DNA of 64,000 nt, from NCBI RefSeq assembly GCF_009914755.1, contig NC_060944.1, one strand, 5' to 3'. Made by a program: the position numbers and the translations under genes. How positions within the stretch are numbered: position 1 is the first letter of the stretch; each line of letters starts with the position of its first letter. Shown in pieces: positions 14,000 to 27,040 of the stretch. The notes beneath the pieces were generated by a model. It did not search any database. It had not been told where the DNA came from and worked only from the letters and a program-made list of their open reading frames with translations. This DNA is from the human T2T-CHM13v2.0 reference genome, Homo sapiens.

Positions 14000-15380
14000 T
14001 GTTCCAGTAAGAAGAGAAAGAACAACCAGAGAATAAAAATTCTTGGAAATAAGAACAAAAGTTTCAGAATGAAAGAATGCATGATGGAAAGGAAACAGCT
14101 GAAGACTTACTGTACCAGAAGAATAAGTCAAGGAAATACTCTATAATGTACAGCAGATAAAATATTTGAGAGAAAATCAAAGGAAATGAGATTTACTCCT
14201 AGACATATAAACTCGCCTATTAAGAGTTCTAGAAAGAATGGAGAAAATGAAAGAGTAGTAATAATTTTATAACTAGAAGGAGAAAAATGTCCTGTCCTGA
14301 ATAAGGCATGGTGAAAGTTCAAAATCCCAAGTATAAAAAACAGTTAGAAAGAATGAATAAGACCTACTATTTGATAATAGTACAAAGGAACTATAGTCAA
14401 TAATAATTTAATTGTACATTTTAATATAACTAAAAAGTATAATTGGATTGTTTATAACACAAAGGGTAAATGCTTGAGGGGATGGATACCCCATTATTCA
14501 TGATGTGATTATTACATATTACATGCCTGTATCAAAATATTTTATGTACCCCAGAAATATATACACCTACTATGTACCCACAAAATTAAAAATTAAAAAA
14601 TTTAAAAACTGAGAAAAGAATTTCAAGGATAAATAGGAAGTTGATAAAACTTCTGGAAAGGAGAAAAAATAAAAATAAAAAACAGCTTACTTATGGAGGT
14701 ATAAAAATAAAACTGTCTTTTTCTCACAGTAGACGTGAATGAAGAAAAATCTTCAACATTCGGAGAGAAAAAATAATTTTTAAAAATTAGAAATTGAGTA
14801 TCTTACATAACAAAAGAAATGAGTAGTATTACGGAAGTCTCCAATTTCTTCCCTTTTCATGTTTTTAAACCCACTCTATATTGCACTTTGTCCTCAGGCT
14901 TCGACCCTCACGACGGTAAGCTGACTGTGACAGCGACAAACTTTCACACTGAGAAGTCAAAGGCAGAAATGATGGGGATTATTTTCCTCACTCATCTTAT
15001 TTTGAGAGTAAGCGCTTTTCTCAGAAGACGCCCGTGAAACTGCTCCTCACATTCTCTGCCCATTTGCTTCTCACCACAGTCTATCCTTTTTCTTTGCTTC
15101 ATTTTTCTCCTTAGCACTTGTCACTGTTTGACACACTATGTATTTTACATCTTTCTTGAGAAAAATTAATTTTGAACCTGGAAGCATATATGTCAGAAAG
15201 ACAGCATTCAGAATTGAGAACAAATTAAAAACATTTGGAAATGCAGTGGCTTAGGAAATTTCCAGCCACAGACCATCTCTGAAAGAATTACTCAAGAATA
15301 TACACCACCCGCAACAACAAAAAATGAGTTTAAGAGTGAGAAGACCAGGCATCCAAGAAGTAGTAGAAGCAAAGAAACCA
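14000..15380 (+). mobile_element. HAL1/L1ME ORF1-like fossil in three pieces (about 14000-14320, 14610-14790, 15158-15380)
   Basis: A-rich ORF1-like text, e.g. aatttcaaggataaa...aaacagcttactta, aaaacatttggaaatgcagtggcttaggaaattt, ctctgaaagaattactcaagaata. Confidence 0.5.
14331..14608 (+). mobile_element. L1MA (L1MA2/3-like) 3' end
   Basis: gttagaaagaatgaataagaccta...taaatgcttgaggggatggatacccc...tatgtacccacaaaaattaaaaatt. Confidence 0.88.
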
Positions 15381-15524
15381 GTAATATGTCAGTTCTGACA
15401 TAATTGGTTAATATGTATAATCATGAACTTTGAGAGTATAATGATGAAATATTGACTAAATAGAGAAGAATGTATTCCTATCCCATTTATGCACGTGGTA
15501 AATGCAACTACGTAGAAGTACTAG

Positions 15525-15720
15525 TGATAAGTAGTACTTCTCATCACCTCCCACATGCCAGGTACTCGACTTGATGCTTTCACATATAATACATAATTTA
15601 TTCCCCACACAACAAACTTGACAAGCAGATATTATCCTATTTTTTAGAGAGGAAGAAAAGTAATTTGCCCCAGTTCACACAGTGAGTGAGTGGAGTGTGC
15701 TGTTGGGTTATGGAGACTTG
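15525..15720 (-). mobile_element. MIR
   Basis: tattatcctattttttagagaggaag...aatttgccccagttcacacagtgagtgag. Confidence 0.6.
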
Positions 15721-17038
15721 TTTTTCTTGCTCTCTCCTGATATCATGCTGTCTGATAATAATTACACATTCTATTGATCTTTTTTTTCTGATATTGTCAG
15801 CTACTGCTGTGTAACATATTTTCCTACTCATACCAAATCTTCCCATTTTTACTGCCGCTAATTTCTTTCATTATAGTGCCTCTCAAGCCATTTTCTCATA
15901 TCATCTCAACCACAACCCCATTTCTAAATAAAGAACGAAAATTGTTATTAATTGACCTGCATGACAACAGTATATTATCAGGGAGCCAGTCACCAGATAT
16001 TATTTATTTTCAGGTTTTTTTTTCTTTTTAAACCTGATACTCATCAAAGCCTGCATGCAAACATTTCATTCTTGGCATCTGAATTACTGTGGAAAGGTCT
16101 CTTGGTTTTCTTCGAGTGCTTTTACATTAATGGTTTCTACTAAATAATCTCGCAGAGGCACATGTTGACCTCTGTGCTCTTAGTCTCGTAATGAATTATG
16201 TTGGAAAGGCTCAGTGATATATTCTCTTCCCCTCACTGATTCTATGTCAGGCCCAAAATAGGCAAAGAAAGGGAAAAGTTAAAAAAGAAAACCTGTCTTG
16301 ATACTGAACAAAATGAGTTATTTTTTATTGTCCTTTTTTCTTTTACTCTTAACTAACACTTCTCTTATTCTTGTCCCCTTTCTGCATCTTATTTCTATGT
16401 TGAGGATAGGCTCTCAGAAGACCTGACAAGCACTGCAGTAACTCACACCCCAATTCTATTTCCATTCTATTTCCCTATTTCTGTTACTAACTCAGTCACT
16501 TAGAGTCAAGCTCCTTGAAATCAATTTTTACACTTTGTTTTCTCTTTTCCCATCCACTCTAAAACCATCATCACAGTTTGCCAGTTCAACTCTAAGATTC
16601 TTGAACGGTCTGCCTCTCTTTTTCACGCCTTGGACTCTGCTTTCATGTCAGCTGATCTCTTCCCTTTTGTAGCCTCCAATTCATTCTGCAAAGGAGTAAG
16701 CATGAGGAAGTAAAACTACTGTCATGATTTTGCATGGGAATTCATGTTCCCAAAGAATATCTCTTGGCTTTACTCCATGATGTCTTATAGAATTCTTGTT
16801 TAAAAAGCTGCTCCCACCCTTCTCTTCTCCATGTGAATCAGTGTATCTGATAGCAGTCATGTTGGACTTTTTTCCTTGAGTCTTTGCAAACTCTTTAAGA
16901 AGTGCTTTTCCATTCTCAAGAGGATGGTGAGTGGAAATACCCCGATTATCTCAAAGAAGAGGAAAAAGCAATTACTCCGGATTTTGAAGATTGAGCAGAA
17001 AACAATTGCATTTAGTTAAAATTACTCTTAAAAATCCC

Positions 17039-17308
<270 letters not shown>

Positions 17309-20300
17309 CTACATAAAAGTGAAATTGGTGACATACCAGTTCAAAATAAGTTCAATACAAATGATTCTCCCTATGGAGTCGAAAGACATCACTGTTTCTT
17401 CAAACTTGAGGACAGATAAAATAGTTAATGATGTTGCATTGGAAAAGTAAATATTATTTATTAGATCTGCACAGTGAGAAGCTATAATGTAGCAGTTCTG
17501 AAAGTGTCACCAGAAAGTTTGAAAATAGCTCTAGTGCACAGTAAACCCATTATCTCTGAAAAGTAGGTGAGGATATTGACTGATCTACTGGGCCCAGCAA
17601 TGTAAGCCACCCTGCTCCTACTCCTGCTGTAACACTCACTCATTTAAATAAATTTAAATAAATTGCCCTTATTATTTAAATATTTTATCATTCTCAGTCC
17701 ACCAACACTTTGTTCATATTGTTGAATTTAAATGAGTTGAACTTGTAAAATAATGTAACTTCACAGTATAGAAATTTTCACATATTCTTTTGGCTAGAAG
17801 TTATGTTAATGTAATTCTTGAAGTAGCCTCTTCTCATTTGTCTTTTCTAAATACAACAGTTCCTTAAGAAAATGAGATGTAGGGCCTGGAGTGAAGACGT
17901 AGAGCCTAGGTTTAGTGCAGAGCTGTCCTATGAATGGATCAATTTCAGAGAGAAATCAGATCCGCTTTATTTTGGTGGAGAGGTGGATTCATTATATCTA
18001 AATGCTACTTTTTAAAGAAATGTGAATAGTGAGCCCATTAATTCCTTCAGAGGGTGTCTAGAAAGTCTGTCATGTTCCATTTTGTGATTTGAGAGCCAAA
18101 ACCTATCTCTAAAACAAAGCAGATTTATTCTAAAATGAGCAATATGCAGATGAGGGAAATGACAGGTTTAGAGAATGCACTTATTTAATCATCTCCTGAA
18201 AAAAAAAAAAAAAAGGCAAAGGGATCACTGCACATTTTTTTTTTTTTTCTGTTTGAGTCTTTGGATAGAATCTCATAGCTTTTGTTAAAGAGTGTGATAG
18301 TGTTAGAATCTTATTTTTAAATCTTCCATAGTGCAGTCATTAGGAGATTTTTGATGAGGTTTTGATGAGTCTTTCTATGAAGAAACAGCTTTTCAGCTCT
18401 ATAAAATGTATGCTGAATGAGCTGAACCAGTATAACTAGATGCCATTGCTTGCCCAGTCTAGATTATCCCTTCTACCTCATTGTTTTCTCTAATCTGGTA
18501 CATCATTCCTGATTAGATTGATTATATCGGGCCAACTTTTATTTAATCACCCACAGATTCACTAATTATCCATTAAGCAACTGTTCCCATAGAATTCTTG
18601 GCTTTGTGGGAAACACAGACATAGATTTGTCATATTCCCTGCAGTGGAAGCATCGAGTCACTGCAGGAAAACAGAAATCACAGAATCATGACATTGCAGA
18701 GTTAGCAAGAATCTTGGGACATAGGTAGTCATATCGGATTGCCTTGAATGATAGGGCATTCCCTGCTGCCTAAGGCAGGATGCCATATGATTGGAGAGCT
18801 CTGACCGATGGAAACTTCTCAGAAATGTTCGTGTTCAAAGTCATATTAATGGTTTATCATAAGTGATATTATAGAGCAACAGAGGTGAAGTGAATTCAAA
18901 CTCTGTTCATATAGAGGAATTTATGGATCTCATCTTTAAGGAAGCGAAATTCTTCACAGTGTAGGAATCTCCATGAGAAACTATTTCATAAGAAGAATTT
19001 TCAGAGAAAAAAATGGGGGGGGCTCTCCAGAAATGGGGAAAGTCCTGTAGTCAGAAAAGCACAGACCTGTTTGGTGAGAGTCATGGAACAATTGCCCTAT
19101 GCACTGGCACATAGTGGGTTCTCACTAAATATGTATTATATAAAGGACAGAATTAATGACTGAGTGGATGATTGCAGAAGAGTCTTTCTTGTCCAGGCGT
19201 GTGGTGGCACGGGAGTGGTAAAGGAATGCTGACGACAAGCACATGCAACCTCAGCATCAGCCTGCGTGTCCCGACATTGACCCATCTGCACATTTCAGTC
19301 CCAGCCTAGATTCTGCATTTGTAGAATTACCCTTGCAGTGGGGACTAATATTCATTCATTTTACCCACAGTATAGAGTCTTTAAAGCCGATTTTCTCCTC
19401 ACATCTTAATAAAATACTGGTTTTGCATCTCTCTGAAAAGGCTGCAAGTTGCTGACATCTCTTGAACCAGAACAAAGATCTTATTATCATCTTCCTTGAA
19501 ACAGTCATATTGTCTATTTGGACCTTCACCTCCTCTCACCCCTGCTATTGAAGCACTAGAAATGCCATGCATTTGACTCACTTCCTTCTGGGATGTGTTC
19601 TCTTTGGGTTCATTCTAAAATGACATGAAATGTTGGAATTCTGCAGATAATTCAGCTTCCCACATTTCCTCTGAGACCCCTCTCTGTTGGAAATAACACT
19701 ATTGTGATGCAGATGCCCCCAATACCCTGTGGAATCTCAAAACTATCAATGGCTGACCACAGGATATCCCTTTTCCATGAGTTTCAATCTGTGTTATTAA
19801 AAAGGGACCCTTACATGTAGGAGTCCAATTTGAAACAGGATACAGTCCCATCAACAAGGTCAGTCTCAAATAGATTTGTGCAGGAAAGGGAGAGCTGATA
19901 AAAAATTAAACATGAGCTTTGCCTCTTTCTTTTTTAATATAGAGGATGGCATTTTGGTAGAAATTGATTGAATGATATTTTATAACGTGGGCTTAAAACA
20001 TCACAGCTTTGAAGTCAATGAAGAATAAAACATATTATCAGCACATGATGCCCCAAACATAATAACATTATCACATTCTCATGTAAAAATGGAACCAACT
20101 TTCCAGTTGAGCTGAAAGTATGCATTTGAGCTTTGGCAGTGCATTCTGTATGCCTCTATCAACTGTAAAATGCAAATGTTTAGTTGCTGTGTATGTAACC
20201 TTAGACATAGATATCTTATTTAGAGAACCATAGCATCAAGGAGGGTGAGAGAGGTAAACCAAAAGCCCTTTGTAACCAAGAACAGTGAAAAACAGCAATG

Positions 20301-20329
20301 GGTCAACTCACAAACTCAAAGGAAACTAG

Positions 20330-20560
20330 ATTTAAAAATAACATTGTGAATTCTAGTTTATCCCAAACTCATGCAAAAAGTTGAATGACTATAGTCTTTC
20401 CGGACATAGACAGAAATCCTTCATACAGCTGAAGAAATGTATGAGAGTAATCCGAATTTAGAAAAATGCTGCAGGGTGTGTTGAAGTACATTTTCAATGA
20501 TATCTTCGGCAGATTGAAAAGGAACATCTTATAGACAATTGATTGTTTCTTGAAATATAA
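20330..20560 (+). mobile_element. Possible ancient Tigger-type transposase C-terminal relic
   Basis: Two overlapping frames give EILHTAEEMYESNPNLEKCCRVC* and FNDIFGRLKRNIL*TIDCFLK, resembling the Tigger DPNxER...KK..QTTLDxFF tail. Confidence 0.4.
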
Positions 20561-21994
20561 TAAAAACAAACTTCGAAATGTGTATATGAAAACACTGACC
20601 TATGTGGAAAGAAGAGGCAGCATTTACTTTGTAATGCTATCAGGTGGTAATTCAATTTTCTGTTAACTGAACTTCAAGTATTCTGTTTCAGGTCATAGAT
20701 TGGTGGTGCTTATATAAATTGGCCAGTAAGATTTACAAATAGTACCTTTAGTGCTCAGTTTTGTGGTTGTATCTCTAAAAAAGAAAATCAGTTTAATTCC
20801 ATGCATTGGTTTTCTTCTTAAAATTCATGCAATTTGATATGATTGACAAGGCACAGCATTATTATGCAGTCTGTTAGAAGGACCGATTATGCTTATGAAT
20901 ACAAGAATGGAGTGAATGAAAGCAATGTGTAATTGATTCTACACTTGGTCTGACTGTTCATTAACAGTTTGAATGTAGCGCAGTTGCTTCTCAAATGGAA
21001 AATGATGAGAGCAACCTATCTGTGCTCTCTCATTTGTTTTAAAATTCATTATGCTAATATTTTTTCACAGAATGTTTTTGCTGCATTTGTTTTGCCAAGG
21101 ATAAGTCTGATTGAATCTTTGTAAATAATTCTACTGCTTTCAATATTTATTTGGCATTTCAATCACATATTTTTCAATTTACACTTTTGGAAATGAAAGT
21201 AGGCTCTCCCCCACACCTCTTTCAAAGAAAACCTTATATCCTATCCTCCTTTTCTCTATAATTCAGACTAATTTCCCAGGATAAATAGGAGTGGGGGAGT
21301 GCAAAGTGGTGCGATAGTTATCTCTTCAGAACAAAGAAGCTGATTTACAGACTGATTGATTTCAGAAATAGATGAGCAAAAACAGATTCCATTTGTCTTG
21401 CCACACTTTAGTCTGATGAAGCACAAAAGGGCCTGCCATCTCATTTTCCATAGCTCTTCAAGAGGTTGCATTTGAAATGCTGATTAAACGTACAAATCGC
21501 ATTGCTGTTTTCGTGGCTTTCCTGAGTGCTGTAGGAGAGGGCTTCAGTGCACAAAGGCTGCTTTTCCTTTCTTGAATGTGGAGCTGGACACTTTAGGGAA
21601 ATAACATCACTTTCACCACTCATAGGAAGTTATGATGCTAATTCTGTGACAGCCATGTCTGCCCTTTCCTCTGTCCACAGGTTCCTGCCACATTATAAAA
21701 CAAAAGAACTAAACCAGCACTGTGCCAGTCATTTCTATCTAGGGGCTACAATTACATTCATTATTCCCAAATTAGATTGTGTTTACAATTAATACTAATC
21801 TCATGTTTCAATCTTTGGCTACCTCAGATTTTTATTAAATTAGCAGTTGACTGATTGAGATAATAGGTCTGAGAACTCCATACTGGTAAAGTTTTAATCA
21901 TCTCAGCCTTTTCTCTGATTTCTTATTTATCTGCCACCTGACTTTGTACTTGGGGCTCACCAAAATAAAGCGCCAACTGTCTGGGGAGTCCTGC

Positions 21995-22530
21995 ATTATA
22001 GCTGTTTTAAGATATGTTCAAAATTTTTTTACTGCTCTTCCCATCAAGAGGTGAGGTCTAGGTCCTTCCATCTGAAAAAATATGAGATCTTTGTGACATT
22101 GGCAACCAGTAGAATATTGTGGTAGTGATGCTGTGTGACTCCCAAGCCTGTGTTATAAAAGGCAACATGGCGTCCACCTGCTGGTACACTTGCTCTTAGA
22201 GCCCTGAGTTGTCATTTAAGTTATCCAACTGCTCTGAGGCTGCTGTGCAGTGAGGAAACCCAAACTAGCCCACATGGAGAGTCCTTGAGACCACATGAAG
22301 AGAGAAAGATGTCAGTCCAGCCTTTGGCTCCCACAGTCCTCCACTGCTCCAGTGCCAGCCACCAGTTGACTACAACCAAATGAGAGACCCTAAGCCAAAC
22401 CCCCTAGCCAAGCCATTGCAGAAGGTCTGACCCATAGAAGCCAAAAGAAATAATAGGATGGTGGTTGCTGTGTTAAACCACCACGTTTTGTGGTAATTTG
22501 TTGCATATTGCAACAAATCTAACCACAAAA
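21995..22530 (+). mobile_element. MLT1G/H-like MaLR LTR
   Basis: ctcttcccatcaagaggtg, gtgatgctgtgtgact, gaggaaacccaaactagcccacatggagag, aaaccaccacgttttgtggtaatttgtt. Confidence 0.8.
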
Positions 22531-22904
22531 CTAACCAGAATTTGCATGTATACAAGCATGAGGCTAAAGTAATGAGATTCATGACAAACATGCCAAAATG
22601 TATACATACAAATGTATGCCATTCATTTCTTTCCATAAGGAGTCACCTTGAGAGGAACTTACTCATAATCATATTGTCACTGTGATGTTGTCATTGTGAT
22701 GCTGTCATTATCTCCCCACATTGATCTCTGACTTTGGGCACATTATTCTGTCTCTCTGGGTTGCTTGAAAAGTAGGCGTAGATTAAATTTTTACATAGTC
22801 TTTTCTTAATCTCTAAAAATTCTTGACAATTATTCAAAATTCTTTGGTTGTTGAGGTAACCAAAGGAGGAGATAACCAAAGGAGGAGCATAAGAAGTATG
22901 CTCT

Positions 22905-23219
22905 GGCCGGGTGTGGTGGCTCACGCCTTTAGTCCCAACACTTTGGGAGACCAAGGTGGGTGGATCACTTGAGGTCAGCCTGGCCAACATGGTAAGTTCG
23001 AGACCAGCCTGGCCAACATGGTAAAACCCTGTGTCTACTAAAAATACAAATATTAGCTTGGTGTGATGGTGCATGCCTGTAATCCCAGCTACTGAAGAGG
23101 CTGAGGCAGGAGAATTGCTTGAATCCAGGAAGCAGAGGTTGCAGTGAGCCAAGATTGCACCACTGCACTGCAGCCTGGGCAACAGAGCGAGACTTTGTCT
23201 TAAAAAAAAAAAAAAAAAA
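22905..23219 (+). mobile_element. AluSx-like with internal 20-bp duplication
   Basis: Full dimer with poly-A. TSD aagtatgctc (22894-22903/23220-23229). Confidence 0.92.
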
Positions 23220-23617
23220 AAGTATGCTCCTATCCTACGTTACCACTTTAATATGTAAACTGATGTCACACTCAGTGTACATATTAAAATTATAGTAAAA
23301 CTTTAATGGTTGATGCTGGCCATGTAGGAAAAAAATGCCCTCTTGTTCATCATTTAAACCCTATATTTATCTGAAAATAATTTTTTAATATAAAGAAATT
23401 ATTGAGGCTAGGAAAATAAAAGAAAGATATACCTAGGGGAGTCATTCTGTTAAATTCCTTGAAATTATATCTATCTTTTTCTTTAAGAGTATTTTTATAT
23501 GTGTAATGATATAAGCTCATCTTTGGAAAGCACATTAATGATCTTTACATTTTATAAGGACAGGGTAAATGGGATTCCAGAATATGGATTAATAAATCAT
23601 ATACTCTTTGTTTAAAT

Positions 23618-24232
23618 GTTTTATTTAATTTTTGAATAGCTAATGTATTCACATAACTTGAACATCAAAAAATAAAAGCAGTGAAAAGTTTCCTCCCCAT
23701 ATTCCCTCCCCCATCTTCATAGTTTCTGTCACTCTTCTAGTAGGTAACCACTCTTATTAACTGCTAGTTTATCCTTCCAGAGATGTTTTATGCATGTAGC
23801 TAAAACAAACCTATATTCTTCCCTACATCGGTAGAGGAATTTTTTTTAACACTAATGTTAGTGTGCTTTTCTGAATTTTATTTTTATGTTGTAATGTGTC
23901 TTGGGTATCTTTCCATATGCATACATGAAGGCCTTCTTTGTCTATTTTACAGAAGCCTAGCATTTCATAGTATAAATGAACCATCGTTTTACTAACATTG
24001 TTTAGTCTGTCCCCTATGGTTGGACATTTAGCTGTTTCCCATCTTGCCTTATTATATACAATGTTTCAGGGAATGACCTGTGTAAATACTGTTCTGCATA
24101 TGGGCGAGCATATTATCTTTAGGATATATTCCTAGGAATAGAACTGCTGGATCAAAAGGAGTCTACATTTGTAATTTTGTTAGATATGATTAAATCATTT
24201 TCTCTGGAGATAGTGCCAATTTGCACTTCGCT
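23618..24232 (-). mobile_element. L1ME/L1MC 3' end
   Basis: gtgaaaagtttcctcccc, gtaaccactcttatt...ttatccttccagagat, ggacatttagctgttt, aactgctggatcaaagg. Confidence 0.7.
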
Positions 24233-24999
24233 GTATAATCGTGTTTGGGAAACGTGAACCATGATTGATGCTCATTTATCTGGACAAAAATGAATTAAAC
24301 TTCTTAGAATCTTTAGCTCAGTTCCTGATAGACGTGTACAGAAGGAGATGCACTTGAGAGCTGCAAAAAAAAAATGTTATTCTGATTTATTCCTTCTTTT
24401 GACTTTGAATACTGAAGGCCAAAGAGGAGAGTGACTTGCAGAAGGTCACGTAGCTGATTAGTGACAGATCTGGGACTTACAACCTGTAGTCAGATCTTAG
24501 GATTGGTGTTCTTTCCACATGAGTAAAGAGATGGTAACTTTCTGTCATTCCTGCCTGTGTGCTGAGGACTCCTTGTACACTGCTGCTGTTGATGATGACA
24601 TTTACCATTTCTTGAGCCTTCCTATGTATCAGACTTTGAATTTAATACTTCTATTTACATTATCTTATTTATACCAAGGGATTCAAAACCCATGTGCAAG
24701 ATAAAGCATTGTCCATAGACTTTGCATCCATGTATATTACATATATATGTCCACTATGAAGATGCTACAGTGTTTAATAAAACATAAATCAATACAAATC
24801 ATCATTAAAATTATAATAGCTGTTTGTCTCTAACATGTTCTCAATGGATTTTGAAACTATTGTGAAAAATTAGTCATATTTTGATATTAAAAAGAATTCT
24901 TATAGTCAAAAGCCTATGAGCTGCTTAACCATGTCTCAGATCACTTTTACCTGCCCAGATATTCTATTTTCCATCCCTCTCCATTATAAGGTTAGATAT

Positions 25000-25185
25000 T
25001 AATAATGCTACACAACACAGAAGAGACCACAGAGATAATCTAAGCAGGAGATTTATTTTATAGGTAAGGAAAAAGGCAAGCACCACTGAAAATGATGGGT
25101 TTATCTAAGGCACTTGATGACTAAGGGGCTGGAGCTGGAATTCAAAGACAGGCCTCCTGACTGAATTTAACTACTCCACACTGAG
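25000..25185 (-). mobile_element. MIR
   Basis: ggagctggaattcaaagacaggcctcctgact...taactactccacactg. Confidence 0.55.
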
Positions 25186-25214
25186 AAAATGAGAAACTCA
25201 GTGTGGAGTAGTTA
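25168..25214. repeat. Perfect 18-bp inverted repeat, 11-nt spacer
   Basis: TAACTACTCCACACTGAG aaaatgagaaa CTCAGTGTGGAGTAGTTA. Confidence 0.95.
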
Positions 25215-26065
25215 CTCATAAGTACTATGGACAATTAAAATAATGAAGGAGATTTCCTGTCTAGCCTCATATTGATTCACCTCCAGCTTTGTGGATCTGA
25301 GAGGTCATCATGTTGGTCGATAATAACATTCGATCTTGGATGCTATAAATTTAATATAGAGCATAAATACAAAGATCAATATTTTAATGCTGAGGAGGCT
25401 CATTTATTGGCTGTTTATCCTCAGACCTTTAAATGAAATGGAGAACTAAAGAAATGCAAGGAATAATTTTTCATAAATTTCATTTAAGTTTTATAGACGA
25501 TGATGACTAAAGGAAAGCAAAGGAAAAGTTTATGATGTCACTATTTCCTACACTTATGGGCTTTTCTCTCTTTCTCTTTTTCTTTCTCTCCCTTATCCCT
25601 CCCTCCCTTCTCCCTCCCTCTTTCCCTTCCTCCCTCGCCCCCGTTAATATCTCTAAGCCTCTTCTTTACTTTGCTCAATGTTTTTTATTACTCCAGATAA
25701 GAGGCACTTATTCTTGATCTTCTCCATCCACAAAATAAGAGAACCATGGTCATGTCCCGTTGTTCTTTCATGTATTAAGTGTTTGATGTTTAGAAGCAGT
25801 GGGGAAGGGGCTAAAAAGCATAGACTTTGTCTTCAACAATGGGAACAAGATTGCCAAAATGGCCCTGAAACAACATTTCCCAAAGGTGAAATTGTGGAAA
25901 TCTAGTCCTATAAGGTGTTCTTCAAAGCACAGGTTTCAATCGTCAACTGTATTTAGGAAACAGAGCATTTTATATTCTCCTCCTGGAGACGCACAACTCC
26001 TTATGGCATTTTAAATGCCCACTGAAGTCTTGCAGTAAGGTAACTGGTGTGATAGAATTTCACCT

Positions 26066-26066
<1 letters not shown>

Positions 26067-26101
<35 letters not shown>
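26067..26101. repeat. (T)35 homopolymer
   Basis: Directly visible; not attached to an Alu body. Confidence 0.95.
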
Positions 26102-26723
26102 CAAATTTAATTGACCTTTAAACCCATATCATACCGAACCCATTTGGGGAAATGCTGCTTTATAGAATTGTGTGTTATTCTGGTTCAATTTTTCTGTCAT
26201 TTGTATCCATCAGAAAACTTAGAATATCATAGTTGGGTATAAATAACAAGTAGCCACCAGAGGGGAAATAAAGTAAGGCTAAGCACCATCTCCTTCCTTT
26301 ATGGATTCTAACATTTATTAAAGAAACTAAAGTACAATATTCATATAAATATTTACTGTGGTACAGGACTTGCATTGCTTGAATTTATGCAACTCTTGCT
26401 TGTTACTTTTATTACAAAAAAATGATATCACTGTGTGCTATTTTTTTTCCTGAGTACACCTCAAGCCCATTTATCCTTCACTTCTATATTGTAGTGGTTC
26501 TCACTTTAAAAGTAAGTTTACCTGTGAAACAATATCTGCGTGAACTTATTAGTGAAGTTTTGTATGCCTCCTTTGATCACATGAGATGAGCCCCTCTTAA
26601 TATCGGCTGACAAGGGTTTAAATACTGTTTCAGAATTAATCATGGAAACCAATGCTTTAGGTCTTTTCTCAAACATCAAATAGTATCAACATTTAGTGGG
26701 CAACCAACAGAGATTTTTCTTTT

Positions 26724-27040
<317 letters not shown>

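Noticed and set aside
18198-18249. A16...T14 hairpin
   Set aside because: Homopolymer-only stem; expected by chance in AT-rich DNA.
22171-22187. CTCF-like ccagcaggtggac in MLT1
   Set aside because: The core GGC is broken; weak match.
22857-22888. Short tandem duplications (also 27841-27866, 18348-18369)
   Set aside because: Ordinary slippage products.
22691-23182. 163-aa ORF (also 26696-27172, 4849-5161, 5547-6078, 32202-32524, 41948-42187)
   Set aside because: Alu-derived peptides ([26 protein letters not shown]).
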